Assembly: GCA_027623675.1 (NCBI GenBank)
Contig: JAQBVF010000038.1
Span: forward strand, 1-21,313
From: Chloroflexota bacterium
GTDB lineage: Bacteria > Chloroflexota > Dehalococcoidia > Lucifugimonadales > UBA3495
Direction: 5' to 3'
Length of the DNA stretch: 21,313 bases
A program made the position numbers and the translations under genes. Positions 1-8,079 of the stretch are shown here, piece by piece. Each line of letters opens with the position of its first letter. The first letter of the stretch is position 1. Below the pieces are notes generated by a model. The model searched no databases. It worked only from the letters and a program-made list of their open reading frames with translations, and was not told the DNA's origin.

Positions 1-537
1 AATCTTGAAAGCCACATTGGTTTCCGGATCAAATTTGGCCTCAATCTTCGCGCCGATCTTGATGTCCGCCAACGATCCTGGCAAGTCTTCTTCCAGCTCG
101 ATGCGGGTGTTTTCGCCGACGATCACGACTACGTTACCTTCACGGCCCTCGTCGTCCTGAATGGTAATCTGGCTTCCCTCGATGGCGATTACATTTCCTT
201 CAATCTTGGCCTGGCGGGCTGAGAGCTTGGTGGTGCGTTCGCCGTCGCCTGACATTCTGACCTCGACGGCAGCCCCAGGCTCCAAGGTGTCCACCGACGA
301 CACTTCGCCTTGGGTGTCGACGGCGGTGTCGGTTGAGATGGTCAGGGTAATCGTCTTGCCGTCCATAGTTACGATGGTAATTTCACCGTTCGCCGTATCG
401 ACATCTTGGAGTATGCCTTGCACCAGTTGGCCATCCGCCGTGGTACAGGCCAATGCGAGGACCATCAGCGCGGCGAGGAACCCGGCCAGTTTGGCCCTGG
501 TTGTGAAATTCGTAATAATGTTAGTGATAAGTGTCAA
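1..537 (-). CDS. Putative lipoprotein with tandem DUF5666-like beta-repeats (3' end outside the window)
   Basis: Hand translation, open from TTG at 537 (GGGG upstream) to the window edge: MTLITNIITNFTTRAKLAGFLAALMVLALAC-TTADGQLVQGILQDVDTANGEITIVTMDGKTITLTISTDTAV...LEPGAAVEV...KIEGNVIAIEGSQITIQ...VIVGENTRIE...LADIKIGAKIEAKFD. Signal peptide ends in an LALAC lipobox, followed by two similar beta-rich repeats. Start codon uncertain. Confidence 0.75.
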   Translation of the reverse strand, partial: MTLITNIITNFTTRAKLAGFLAALMVLALACTTADGQLVQGILQDVDTANGEITIVTMDGKTITLTISTDTAVDTQGEVSSVDTLEPGAAVEVRMSGDGERTTKLSARQAKIEGNVIAIEGSQITIQDDEGREGNVVVIVGENTRIELEEDLPGSLADIKIGAKIEAKFDPETNVAFKI

Positions 538-980
538 AATGTGGCCCCAATGCGGACGAATTGTGTACAGATGGTTAGTGTGCCATAACAAGTGTTACCG
601 GAGTCTAACCTAGTCTGTAATATTAAGAGACTCGGCGGAACCAAAGTGGGGACTCAAGCACGGTTTCGCCGGGCTGCTGGCGATGTCTGAGGGAACGCTT
701 AGTTAGACTTGCCGCCGGCGACAAATCTCGCAGTTTTCCAAAGGATGAAAAAGCCCGACTGTGCATGGAGCCTGTCAAAAGCCAGACCGTTAATCCTCTT
801 TGTAGAGAACAGCTCAGGGCAGATTGGTTAATGCTGATTTAATTATATCGCTTAGTGGAATTCGAAAATAGGGCCATATAGCTACCGATAAGTGCCCTGA
901 TCGGAAATTATTGTACGAATCTCAGTGTGTGATAATAATCACAGACCGAAGGCAAGCCAACACAATGAGGAGGCGGTCTG

Positions 981-1493
981 ATGAAAACACTGAAGCGGCA
1001 TCTCTGGATCGGAGCACTGGCAGTGGGGCTATTGTTCATGGGGATCGGGGCGTTTTTCGTGATCTCGGGTCTCGATGCCAAGGGCATGATCACCGATGAG
1101 TTAGTCGCCCAAGATATCTACCTGGACGACGACGCCGTGGGATTCGGTGGAACACCAGGTGACCTGGTTAACGACGCCTCCACTGCAGATATAGAGGCGA
1201 AGATTATCGCCCTGCATACCGATGGCAAGTACGGGATCTACTCCAGCCTCGCACGGGACGACCCGCACCGGGCCGACATCATCAAGGGTCTGGCTCTGCG
1301 GAACAGCTTAAACATGGCCGTGATGGGTTATGGAATCGCAGACCTGGCGATCGGCACCGGCTTGGTGATCGTCCTCATGGGGGCGGGCACGGTGGCCTTC
1401 CTGGCCCCGGTACTCTACCTGGTCACCAAAGAAGAACCTGAGCCGGTGGTGACAACCGGAGGGGCTGCGGCTCCCCTGGCGCCGGTTGTCTAG
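981..1493 (+). CDS. Two-TM membrane protein resembling the actinobacterial family often labelled 'aromatic ring-opening dioxygenase LigA' (label probably not functional)
   Basis: GAGGAGG RBS before ATG; N- and C-terminal hydrophobic helices; motif Y-S-S-L-A-R-D-D-P-H-R...G-L-A-L-R-N-S-L...G-Y-G matches that family from memory. Confidence 0.75.
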   Translation: MKTLKRHLWIGALAVGLLFMGIGAFFVISGLDAKGMITDELVAQDIYLDDDAVGFGGTPGDLVNDASTADIEAKIIALHTDGKYGIYSSLARDDPHRADIIKGLALRNSLNMAVMGYGIADLAIGTGLVIVLMGAGTVAFLAPVLYLVTKEEPEPVVTTGGAAAPLAPVV

Positions 1494-1501
1494 ATCAAGC
1501 G

Positions 1502-1534
1502 GAAAAGGCCTCGGACCAAGTCCGGGGCCTTTTC
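1502..1534. terminator. Bidirectional intrinsic terminator
   Basis: GAAAAGGCCTCGGA-CCAAG-TCCGGGGCCTTTTC hairpin with A/T tracts on both sides, between convergent genes. Confidence 0.85.
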
Positions 1535-1588
1535 ATGTTATCCGGTAGTGGTTGCCCCAGGAGAGAGCAGCCCAAGGCCGGACGGCCG

Positions 1589-2779
1589 CTAGAAATTACA
1601 GGGCGTCCAAGGCTGACGTTCCACCGAGAACATCCGGTCGGCACGCAGTAGCGCTCCCGGAGTTAGCTCATCCACCAAGCACGCCTGGGCCATCGTGCTG
1701 AAGCTGACGGCCCCCAGGAACGCCGACGCCAACGCTGACACTCCGATGGTCAGGTCGGGCGACTCGCTTGAGACCCGGCATTCGGCTCCCTCGGGCGACC
1801 CCTCCAGCTCGAACCTCCCCTCGTTCCAGGGGCATTGCGGGTCCCGCACTTCCAGCACCAACCGGCCGCTCTGCAGGTATCGCCGCAGGGGCAGGGCGGC
1901 GCAGACATCCACCAGCCGCAGCCACACCCCGTCCCGGGTCGATCGCTGCAGCCGGCGCGGGTCGGCCAGCATCCAGGGCAACGGGTCGTCCACCGGGCGT
2001 TTCAGCGCCTCGGTCCGCTCGACCCGGTCCACATCAAAGCAGAACCGCCACAGCGCGGAATTCGCTTCCCTGGTCGCGGCCATCAACTCGTTGACCACCA
2101 GGGTGGTTCCCGTGATGCGGTAGGCGGCGTAGCCGTCAACCTTTCCGCCGTCCGTATACGCGATGTAGAACAACCCTCCCGGTCCGCCCTGGGTGTGCTC
2201 GATGGCCCGCGACTCCCGCTCCCAATGGTGCACCGGCTTCTGGAACAGGCCCGGACGGTCCGCCGTGCTCCGCCGATACACCTGGGGAAGGTCCCTGGTG
2301 ATGTCGGCTGGGTCCACGAATCCGATCCGTCCCGGACTTGCATGGTTCCTGGCGAAGGCGTTGTGGGGACGCTCGATCAGCCACCTTTCGTATAGGGAGC
2401 CGACCCCGTAGCCGAACCGGCCGTAGATCAAGCTTTCGGAGGAGAACAGGGCGGCTAACGGCTCGCCGCGCTCGTGGAAATTGTCGATCTGGTGCTGCAT
2501 CATCCTGGTCATGATGCCTTGGCGCGTGTGGGTGGGCTGCACGGCAACGTTGGCCACGCCCGAGATCACCGCCGACCCGCCGGGGATGGACATCTCGACC
2601 CGGTGCGAGTGGGAGCCGCCGACGATCTCCGCGCCGTCGAAGACCGCCACGGAGCGTTCCAGGTCAAAATGGGGCCGCAATTCCTCCGGGTCGTCGTCCA
2701 GCCGGTTGCCGTGGGCGCGCGCCTCGGCCCGGGCCCACCGGACAAACTCGTCAGCGGTTATGCTCCTCATCTCCAGCAT
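1589..2779 (-). CDS. eis: Eis-like GNAT acetyltransferase (GNAT-GNAT-SCP2)
   Basis: VAVQPTHTRQGIMTRMM acetyl-CoA motif, SESLIYGRFGYG, DGVWLRLVDV, PWNEGRF, and a C-terminal Phe (PWTPCNF). Start moved to ATG 2779 (GGAG upstream) from the track's 2953. Confidence 0.9.
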   Translation of the reverse strand: MLEMRSITADEFVRWARAEARAHGNRLDDDPEELRPHFDLERSVAVFDGAEIVGGSHSHRVEMSIPGGSAVISGVANVAVQPTHTRQGIMTRMMQHQIDNFHERGEPLAALFSSESLIYGRFGYGVGSLYERWLIERPHNAFARNHASPGRIGFVDPADITRDLPQVYRRSTADRPGLFQKPVHHWERESRAIEHTQGGPGGLFYIAYTDGGKVDGYAAYRITGTTLVVNELMAATREANSALWRFCFDVDRVERTEALKRPVDDPLPWMLADPRRLQRSTRDGVWLRLVDVCAALPLRRYLQSGRLVLEVRDPQCPWNEGRFELEGSPEGAECRVSSESPDLTIGVSALASAFLGAVSFSTMAQACLVDELTPGALLRADRMFSVERQPWTPCNF

Positions 2780-2957
2780 GGGGCGACTCTCCATCAGGAT
2801 ATGTTCGATCAGATACACCGGAAGTCGATATACCGAAGGAAACTTTAGCATAGAAGCGCGGGCCGCGAGGAAAAACACGAGGGGCGGGGGCCTGGCCGGG
2901 CCGCCGCCGGCTGGATACTTGAACCAACCAGGAGATTCTCTCAAACGAGGCAAATCG

Positions 2958-3481
2958 GTGGTTAAAGTCCCGGTCGTTGAGGGCGAGGCCGTTACCAGTC
3001 ATTTGCTGATACACCAGCTCGAAGACAAAGGCTGTCAGGCCCGGAAAGTCGACAACGGCGCCATGGCGCTGCAGCGGATCAAAGAAGACACACCCGACAT
3101 AATCTTCGTGGACACCGTGATGCCAGCGATGGACGGGATGTTCTTCCTATCGGAGCTTCGGGAGAATCCCGAAACCTCCAAGATACCAGTCGTGATGGTC
3201 ACGGCGACCAACCTCTCAGGCGTGATCCCCAGGGCGCGGGAACTGGGGATAAAACACGTTCTGCCAAACCCTGGGAGCCGAAGTCGCTGGACCGAACGCT
3301 AAGCCAGGCGCTGACATGCGAGCACTCGCCTCGAGACGAATGGAAGATTCCCAAGCGGATGGGGTCAATTGATCCTTGGCAAGATGGATTCACGAAAAGC
3401 ATAAGCCTCCGCAGTCAGCCGAAGCCTTTCTTGTGTCTGAGGTTGAAGCGGGAGGATGCTGGGGCTAGATCGGAGGACTAG
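2958..3481 (+). pseudogene. Frameshifted, degenerate CheY-like receiver domain
   Basis: GTG 2958 after GAGG; PDIIFVDTVMPAMDG and IPVVMVTA are receiver motifs. The conserved K-P (KPWEPKSLDRTLSQAL) appears only in the -1 frame from 3266; the zero frame stops at 3302 and the -1 frame at 3481. Confidence 0.7.
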
Positions 3482-3649
3482 TCGACGTAGAGGGAGTGAT
3501 CATCAACCGAAGCGTCGGCGTACCCTGGGGAAACAGCGTGACTCTCAATTAATTTCGAATTAATCCTTTCCAACTGATGGGTTCACCTCAAATTTCGGCT
3601 TCATCGCCCACAAACGGAAGTAGTAGATCCTTATATTTAGCCCAAAAAA

Positions 3650-3724
3650 TGGAGCCGGTGATGGGAATTGAACCCGCGACCTGCTGTTTACGAAACAGCT
3701 GCTCTACCACTGAGCTACACCGGC
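3650..3724 (-). tRNA. tRNA-Thr(CGT), CCA encoded
   Basis: GCCGGTG-TA-GCTC-AGTGGTA-GAGC-A-GCTGT-TTCGTAA-ACAGC-AGGTC-GCGGG-TTCAATT-CCCAT-CACCGGC-T-CCA cloverleaf. Confidence 0.95.
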
Positions 3725-3846
3725 CCGCTACCGATGGCAGACCCCACGGCAGATCCGGCAGCGGATTCCGCCATCGCAGAGATTATCTTAGCATATGGCC
3801 GTGCCTGTTAGACCCTTGTTAGCCCCATTGTTTTTGGACCGGCGGG

Positions 3847-4995
3847 CTACCAGGAATATGACTGGCTGGCCAGATCGGCGCCCTGGCGCATGGCCGCCAG
3901 CTTGAGCCAGACGATGTCCTTGTCCACTCGGTTCGAGCCAGCAGACGTGTCGAAACCGCAATCGGTCCCGGCCATGACCCGGCGGGGGTCGCCGCCCACC
4001 GCATCCACCGCCAGCCGCAGGCGGTCGGCCACAACCTCCGGGTGTTCCACGTAATTGGTCTTGGTGTCGATGACCCCCGCCACCAATAGCATGCCCTCGG
4101 GCAATGGGATCCGGCGGTAGACCTTGTATTCGTGGGCGTGCCTGGGATTGGCCATCTCCATCACCAGCGCCCCCACGTTGGCCGCATAGACCAGCGGCAG
4201 GATGTCTTCCAGGGGCACGTCGTAGTGGTGCGGGCCTTCGGTATTGCCCCAGCAAACGTGCAGCCGCACCTGTTCCCTTGGTATGTTGCGGATGGCGTGG
4301 TTGATGGCTCGGATGTGGAGCGCCACCACCTCTTGGAACACCTCGATGGGGTCGTCCTGGTAGGCCACGTGGCGTTCCATGGCCAGGTCCGGGCAGTCGA
4401 GTTGCAGCACCACCCCTTTGGCGGCGATCAGCTCGTACTCTTTGCGCATCTCTTCCGCCAGCGCCATCACGTACTCCTCGTGGCTGGCGTAGTGGGCGTT
4501 GCCCATGGTGAGAGCGATGATGCCCGGCGACGCAGCGCTCATGAACAGGTCTTGGTGCGCCGCGCCGGATTGGCTGACGCCGTCTATCAGGCCGGCCAAC
4601 TCCCTCTCCGCCAGGTCCGGGCGTTGGTATTCCAGGGGGCCGGTGCACTGCGGTACGTCGCGCATCAGTTGGATGGCGCGGTGGCGGGCGATGTTGGGGA
4701 ACTCGTTCTGGTCACGGTGCCCGCGCCTGGTCCAGGACCCGCCGAACCCCGACATGCGCTCGGTCACATAGGTCGAGAAGCTGGTCCGCGACTGCTCGCC
4801 GCTGTTGATGATGTCGACCCCGGCCGCAGCCTGTTTCCGAATCACATCCAGGGTCGATGCGGCGGCCAAGCGGTCCAACTCCGCCGTGTCCACCGGACCG
4901 CCGCGGACCGTGGCCGCCAACAGCTCAACTAGCCGCTCCGGGCGCGGCAGGCTGCCAGTGTGGGTGGTGAAGATGCGTCCGTCGCTGTGTTTCAT
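3847..4995 (-). CDS. Cobalamin-independent methionine synthase II family protein (single-barrel MetE core)
   Basis: TTHTGSLPRP, SGEQSR, LQLDCPDLA, Zn ligands in LHVCWGN and TDCGF; 382 aa, i.e. one barrel only. Confidence 0.92.
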   Translation of the reverse strand: MKHSDGRIFTTHTGSLPRPERLVELLAATVRGGPVDTAELDRLAAASTLDVIRKQAAAGVDIINSGEQSRTSFSTYVTERMSGFGGSWTRRGHRDQNEFPNIARHRAIQLMRDVPQCTGPLEYQRPDLAERELAGLIDGVSQSGAAHQDLFMSAASPGIIALTMGNAHYASHEEYVMALAEEMRKEYELIAAKGVVLQLDCPDLAMERHVAYQDDPIEVFQEVVALHIRAINHAIRNIPREQVRLHVCWGNTEGPHHYDVPLEDILPLVYAANVGALVMEMANPRHAHEYKVYRRIPLPEGMLLVAGVIDTKTNYVEHPEVVADRLRLAVDAVGGDPRRVMAGTDCGFDTSAGSNRVDKDIVWLKLAAMRQGADLASQSYSW

Positions 4996-5025
4996 GGTCC
5001 CTCCGCTTGATGCAGCCCGGTCAGG

Positions 5026-6171
5026 TTAGTCGAACCGGTTGGGCCGGTAGTCTGCCAGCAGGTCCACCCGAGCGCCGTCAACGATCTCCATGGTTGCCAG
5101 TTGGGCCATGAGGGGCGCCAGCGTCACGCCGCTGTGGGTCAGGGCCAGGTAGACGTTGGGGGCCTTGGGGGAGTAACCCACCACCGGGAACCCATCCAGA
5201 GGCATGGGCCGGTAGCCCACGGGCACCGGCACGGCGGACGCGCCCCGGAGCGCCGGAACGTATTCGGCGGCCCTGGCCAGAAGCTCGCCGGCATGGCCTT
5301 GGGTGTCGTCCCGGGCCAGGCTCTCCTGCGACCCCTCGCCGATCATGGCCGTGCCGTCCAGGCATTGGCGCAGGTGAATCTCCGGGCGGCCCGGTTCCAG
5401 GGGCGGCGCGTACACCACCGAGACGTTGGCGAACAGGGGCTGTGCTATGGGGCCGGTGCGAATGACCACGCCCGGGCTGTCTTGCTGTGGGACGTTCACG
5501 TCGGCCATGGCGGCCAGTTGGGTGTTGTCCACGCCGCCAGCCAGTACCACCACGTCGGCGGGGATCTCCTCGCCACCGGCAATGACGCCCGCGACCGTTC
5601 CCGCTGCCATCGACAGGCCGGTGACCTCAGTTTCGAGTTTGACCGCCGCCCCGAGTTTGGCTGCCGCTCGGATGCAGGCTTGGGCGGCCAGGGTGGGCTC
5701 AACCATGCCATCCAGTTCGCAGTAGATCGCGGCGATCACCTGTTTGGGCGACAGACCTGGCTCCAACCGGGCCAGCTGCGGCCCGTCGATCACCTGGCAG
5801 GGGTAGCCCCAGGCCTGTAGCTGCTGGGCCCTAGACCTAAGCTCGGCCGCACCCTCGTTCGTTGCCGCCCATTCCAGCTGCCCGCCCCAACGCAGACCCA
5901 CGTCGGCGTCGAGACCCCGCGCGAACCGGTCCCACATGCCCAGAGAGCGCCGGTTGAAGTTGTGGTAGGAGACCGGTTGCTTGGCGGTGGCGTTGATCCA
6001 GGCGAAGGAATGACTGGTGGCCCCGCTGCCGGGAGTGCCTCTGTCGACCACGGTCACGGCGGCGCCTCGTTTGGCCAGGGTGTAGGCGATGGCCGAGCCG
6101 ACGATGCCGGCGCCGACCACGGTTACTTTCACCGGCGCGCCGTTAGGGTTGCCGGATGTGCTGGTTGACAT
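5026..6171 (-). CDS. FAD-dependent oxidoreductase, DAO/glycine oxidase family
   Basis: VVGAGIVG dinucleotide motif, GATSHSFAWIN, GYRPMPLDGFPVVG, THSGVTLAP. ATG 6171 preceded by GAGG. Confidence 0.9.
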   Translation of the reverse strand: MSTSTSGNPNGAPVKVTVVGAGIVGSAIAYTLAKRGAAVTVVDRGTPGSGATSHSFAWINATAKQPVSYHNFNRRSLGMWDRFARGLDADVGLRWGGQLEWAATNEGAAELRSRAQQLQAWGYPCQVIDGPQLARLEPGLSPKQVIAAIYCELDGMVEPTLAAQACIRAAAKLGAAVKLETEVTGLSMAAGTVAGVIAGGEEIPADVVVLAGGVDNTQLAAMADVNVPQQDSPGVVIRTGPIAQPLFANVSVVYAPPLEPGRPEIHLRQCLDGTAMIGEGSQESLARDDTQGHAGELLARAAEYVPALRGASAVPVPVGYRPMPLDGFPVVGYSPKAPNVYLALTHSGVTLAPLMAQLATMEIVDGARVDLLADYRPNRFD

Positions 6172-6437
6172 AAGAGACCTCAAACCGGGTGTGCCGGGTG
6201 GAAACTTCGGCCCAATTATCCGGTCTTTGGCCGGGAATACTCAAGGGGTAATCGCCTGCCGAGTCGGCTTAACCGGTTGAAGGATGGTCCGAAATAGGCT
6301 CGGAGGGAGGCGGGAGCGCCTACGGCCGTACCGGCGTGTCATGGGTAATGAGTCTGCCGGGCAAGCAACGGCTGGCAAGGGGCATGAAGTTGCCGCGCCC
6401 TTAGGTGCGCGTTCTCAGGCTCGCATCGGCCTTGCGG

Positions 6438-7385
6438 CTACCCGGACCCGGCATTGGTCCGATCTCCCACGCTGGGGTGTTCCCACCCGACCAGGTCGGC
6501 GTGAAAACCGCGCATCTCGTCGGAAAGGATGTCGATGAAATTCCGCACCGCCTGCCCTTGGAACTTGCCCTTCAAGGTGCAAACGCCGATCTCGGATGAA
6601 GCGAAGATGTGGTCCAGGCGCACCACGCCCAGCCGTTGGTGGTCCTGCTGGTGGAGGGTGAAGTCGGCGCAGACCGCCACGCCCATGCCGGTCTCGACGT
6701 AGCGCTTGATCGAGGCCGTGTCGTCCATGGCCAGCACCACGTCGCAGCTCACGCCCTCGTTCCTAAGCTCCTGCTCCACCTTTTGCCGGGTCATGCTTTC
6801 AGGGCCTGAGAGAATCAGCGGAAAGGGCGACAGGTCCTTCAGGGAAATCTTCCCCTGTTTCAATAGCGGGTGTCCCAGAGGCGTCATCAGCACGATGTCG
6901 AAATCGAACAGCTTCTTGAAGTCGAAGGCCTGATCGTCGGCGGGAGGCGGGGCTGAGAATGCCAGATCGACCTCGCCCGACTTAACCAGGCGCAGCAGCG
7001 GCGTGTAAGGCCGGGCCACCAATTGGATGCGCACATCGGGATAGGTCCGGCTGAACACCTGTATCCCGGGCGGAAGGTGGTGGGTGACCAGGTCTGGGTA
7101 GGCGCCGACCACGAATGAACCCCGCCGCTCGCTGTAGTCCATCTGGATCTTCAGGGTGTCCACCGCCTGTACCACCGGGGTGACCAATTCCAGCAGGATC
7201 GCCCCTTCTGACGTCAGCTGGATCGGCCTCTTGATGCGGTCGAACAGAGTAATGGCAAACTCATCTTCCAGTTTGCGCAGGTGGGTGGTTACGGTCGGCT
7301 GGCCCAATTCCAAGGTGCGGGCCGCTTTAGACACGCTCCGTAGACGAGCTACGTGGTAAAAACTGATCAGTTGACGCAGTTCCAT
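6438..7385 (-). CDS. LysR-family transcriptional regulator
   Basis: MELRQLISF...SVSKAARTLELGQPTVTTHLRKLEDEF...LFDR HTH, followed by a substrate-binding domain (IKRYVETGMGVA). Confidence 0.95.
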   Translation of the reverse strand: MELRQLISFYHVARLRSVSKAARTLELGQPTVTTHLRKLEDEFAITLFDRIKRPIQLTSEGAILLELVTPVVQAVDTLKIQMDYSERRGSFVVGAYPDLVTHHLPPGIQVFSRTYPDVRIQLVARPYTPLLRLVKSGEVDLAFSAPPPADDQAFDFKKLFDFDIVLMTPLGHPLLKQGKISLKDLSPFPLILSGPESMTRQKVEQELRNEGVSCDVVLAMDDTASIKRYVETGMGVAVCADFTLHQQDHQRLGVVRLDHIFASSEIGVCTLKGKFQGQAVRNFIDILSDEMRGFHADLVGWEHPSVGDRTNAGSG

Positions 7386-7557
7386 CCGGCGTTGCCTCCC
7401 CGTTTGGCATCACGTTGCCAAATATAACATATCAAATAAGTTCAGGATAGTACGGAAATAATGCAGACGTTGGGAACAGCGGAGAACGATTGGAACCTTG
7501 CTGGCCTGGTAGTTATACTGGGCCGTGTTCGACCGGTGAAAGGCCCGCTGGAAGCGG

Positions 7558-7597
7558 CCGGATGGAGACGCAGATTCCCGGATGGAGACGCAGATTC
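7558..7597 (+). repeat. Perfect 20-bp tandem duplication containing the RBS
   Basis: CCGGATGGAGACGCAGATTC x2, immediately before ATG 7598. Confidence 0.95.
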
Positions 7598-8044
7598 ATG
7601 GTAAGAGCCCGGCAAAGCCCGCCCAAGATCACTCCCACAGGGGATAACGGGTATCTTGAAGAGTTAACCAAAGCGGTTTTTCGGGCCGGGTTCAGTTGGC
7701 CGGTGTTAACCGGCAAGTGGCCCAATCTTGTGGCCAGCTTCCACGGGTTCGATCTGGAACGCGTGGAAGCCTACGGGCCGGACGACCTGGAGCGCTTGTT
7801 CGAGGACCGGAGCATCGTCCGGCACCGGCGGAAGATAACGGCGACGGTGGAGAACGCCCGTGTGATGCTGGAGTTTATCGAAGAGTATGGCTCGTTCCAC
7901 GCCTATCTCAGGTCATTGGATCACCTGGACTATTGCGACCGGGTCAAGGCCTTGATGCGGCCCTTTGCCGGCGTGGGCCGCACCTCAGCCTTCGTCTTCC
8001 TACACTGCGTCAACGAGGAAACCCCGGCCTGGCAGGACCGTTAG
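7598..8044 (+). CDS. Short DNA-3-methyladenine glycosylase I (Tag)-like protein
   Basis: YLEELTKAVFRAGFSW...FHGFD...IVRHRRKITATVENAR...GSFHAYL...FAGVGRTSAFVFL match Tag motifs. Start moved to ATG 7598 (GGAG RBS). Confidence 0.8.
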   Translation: MVRARQSPPKITPTGDNGYLEELTKAVFRAGFSWPVLTGKWPNLVASFHGFDLERVEAYGPDDLERLFEDRSIVRHRRKITATVENARVMLEFIEEYGSFHAYLRSLDHLDYCDRVKALMRPFAGVGRTSAFVFLHCVNEETPAWQDR

Positions 8045-8079
8045 CCGGCTGCTTCTATCGTCCTTCTTTCCGGCGGTTC

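Noticed and set aside
161..613. 150-aa + strand ORF
   Set aside because: Antisense shadow of the minus-strand lipoprotein.
631..760. c-di-AMP, c-di-GMP-I or guanidine-I riboswitch (GGAACC...TGGGG, AAAAGCCCG fragments)
   Set aside because: Only isolated words match; the remaining consensus elements are absent.
2481..2957. N-terminal part of the 273-aa ORF, and the Eis extension to 2953
   Set aside because: Overlaps eis antisense or intergenic DNA; better RBS-supported starts exist at 2958 (+) and 2779 (-).
3263..3269. Programmed -1 frameshift in the receiver gene
   Set aside because: G-CCA-AAC is not a full X-XXY-YYZ slippery site, and other degenerate residues favour decay.
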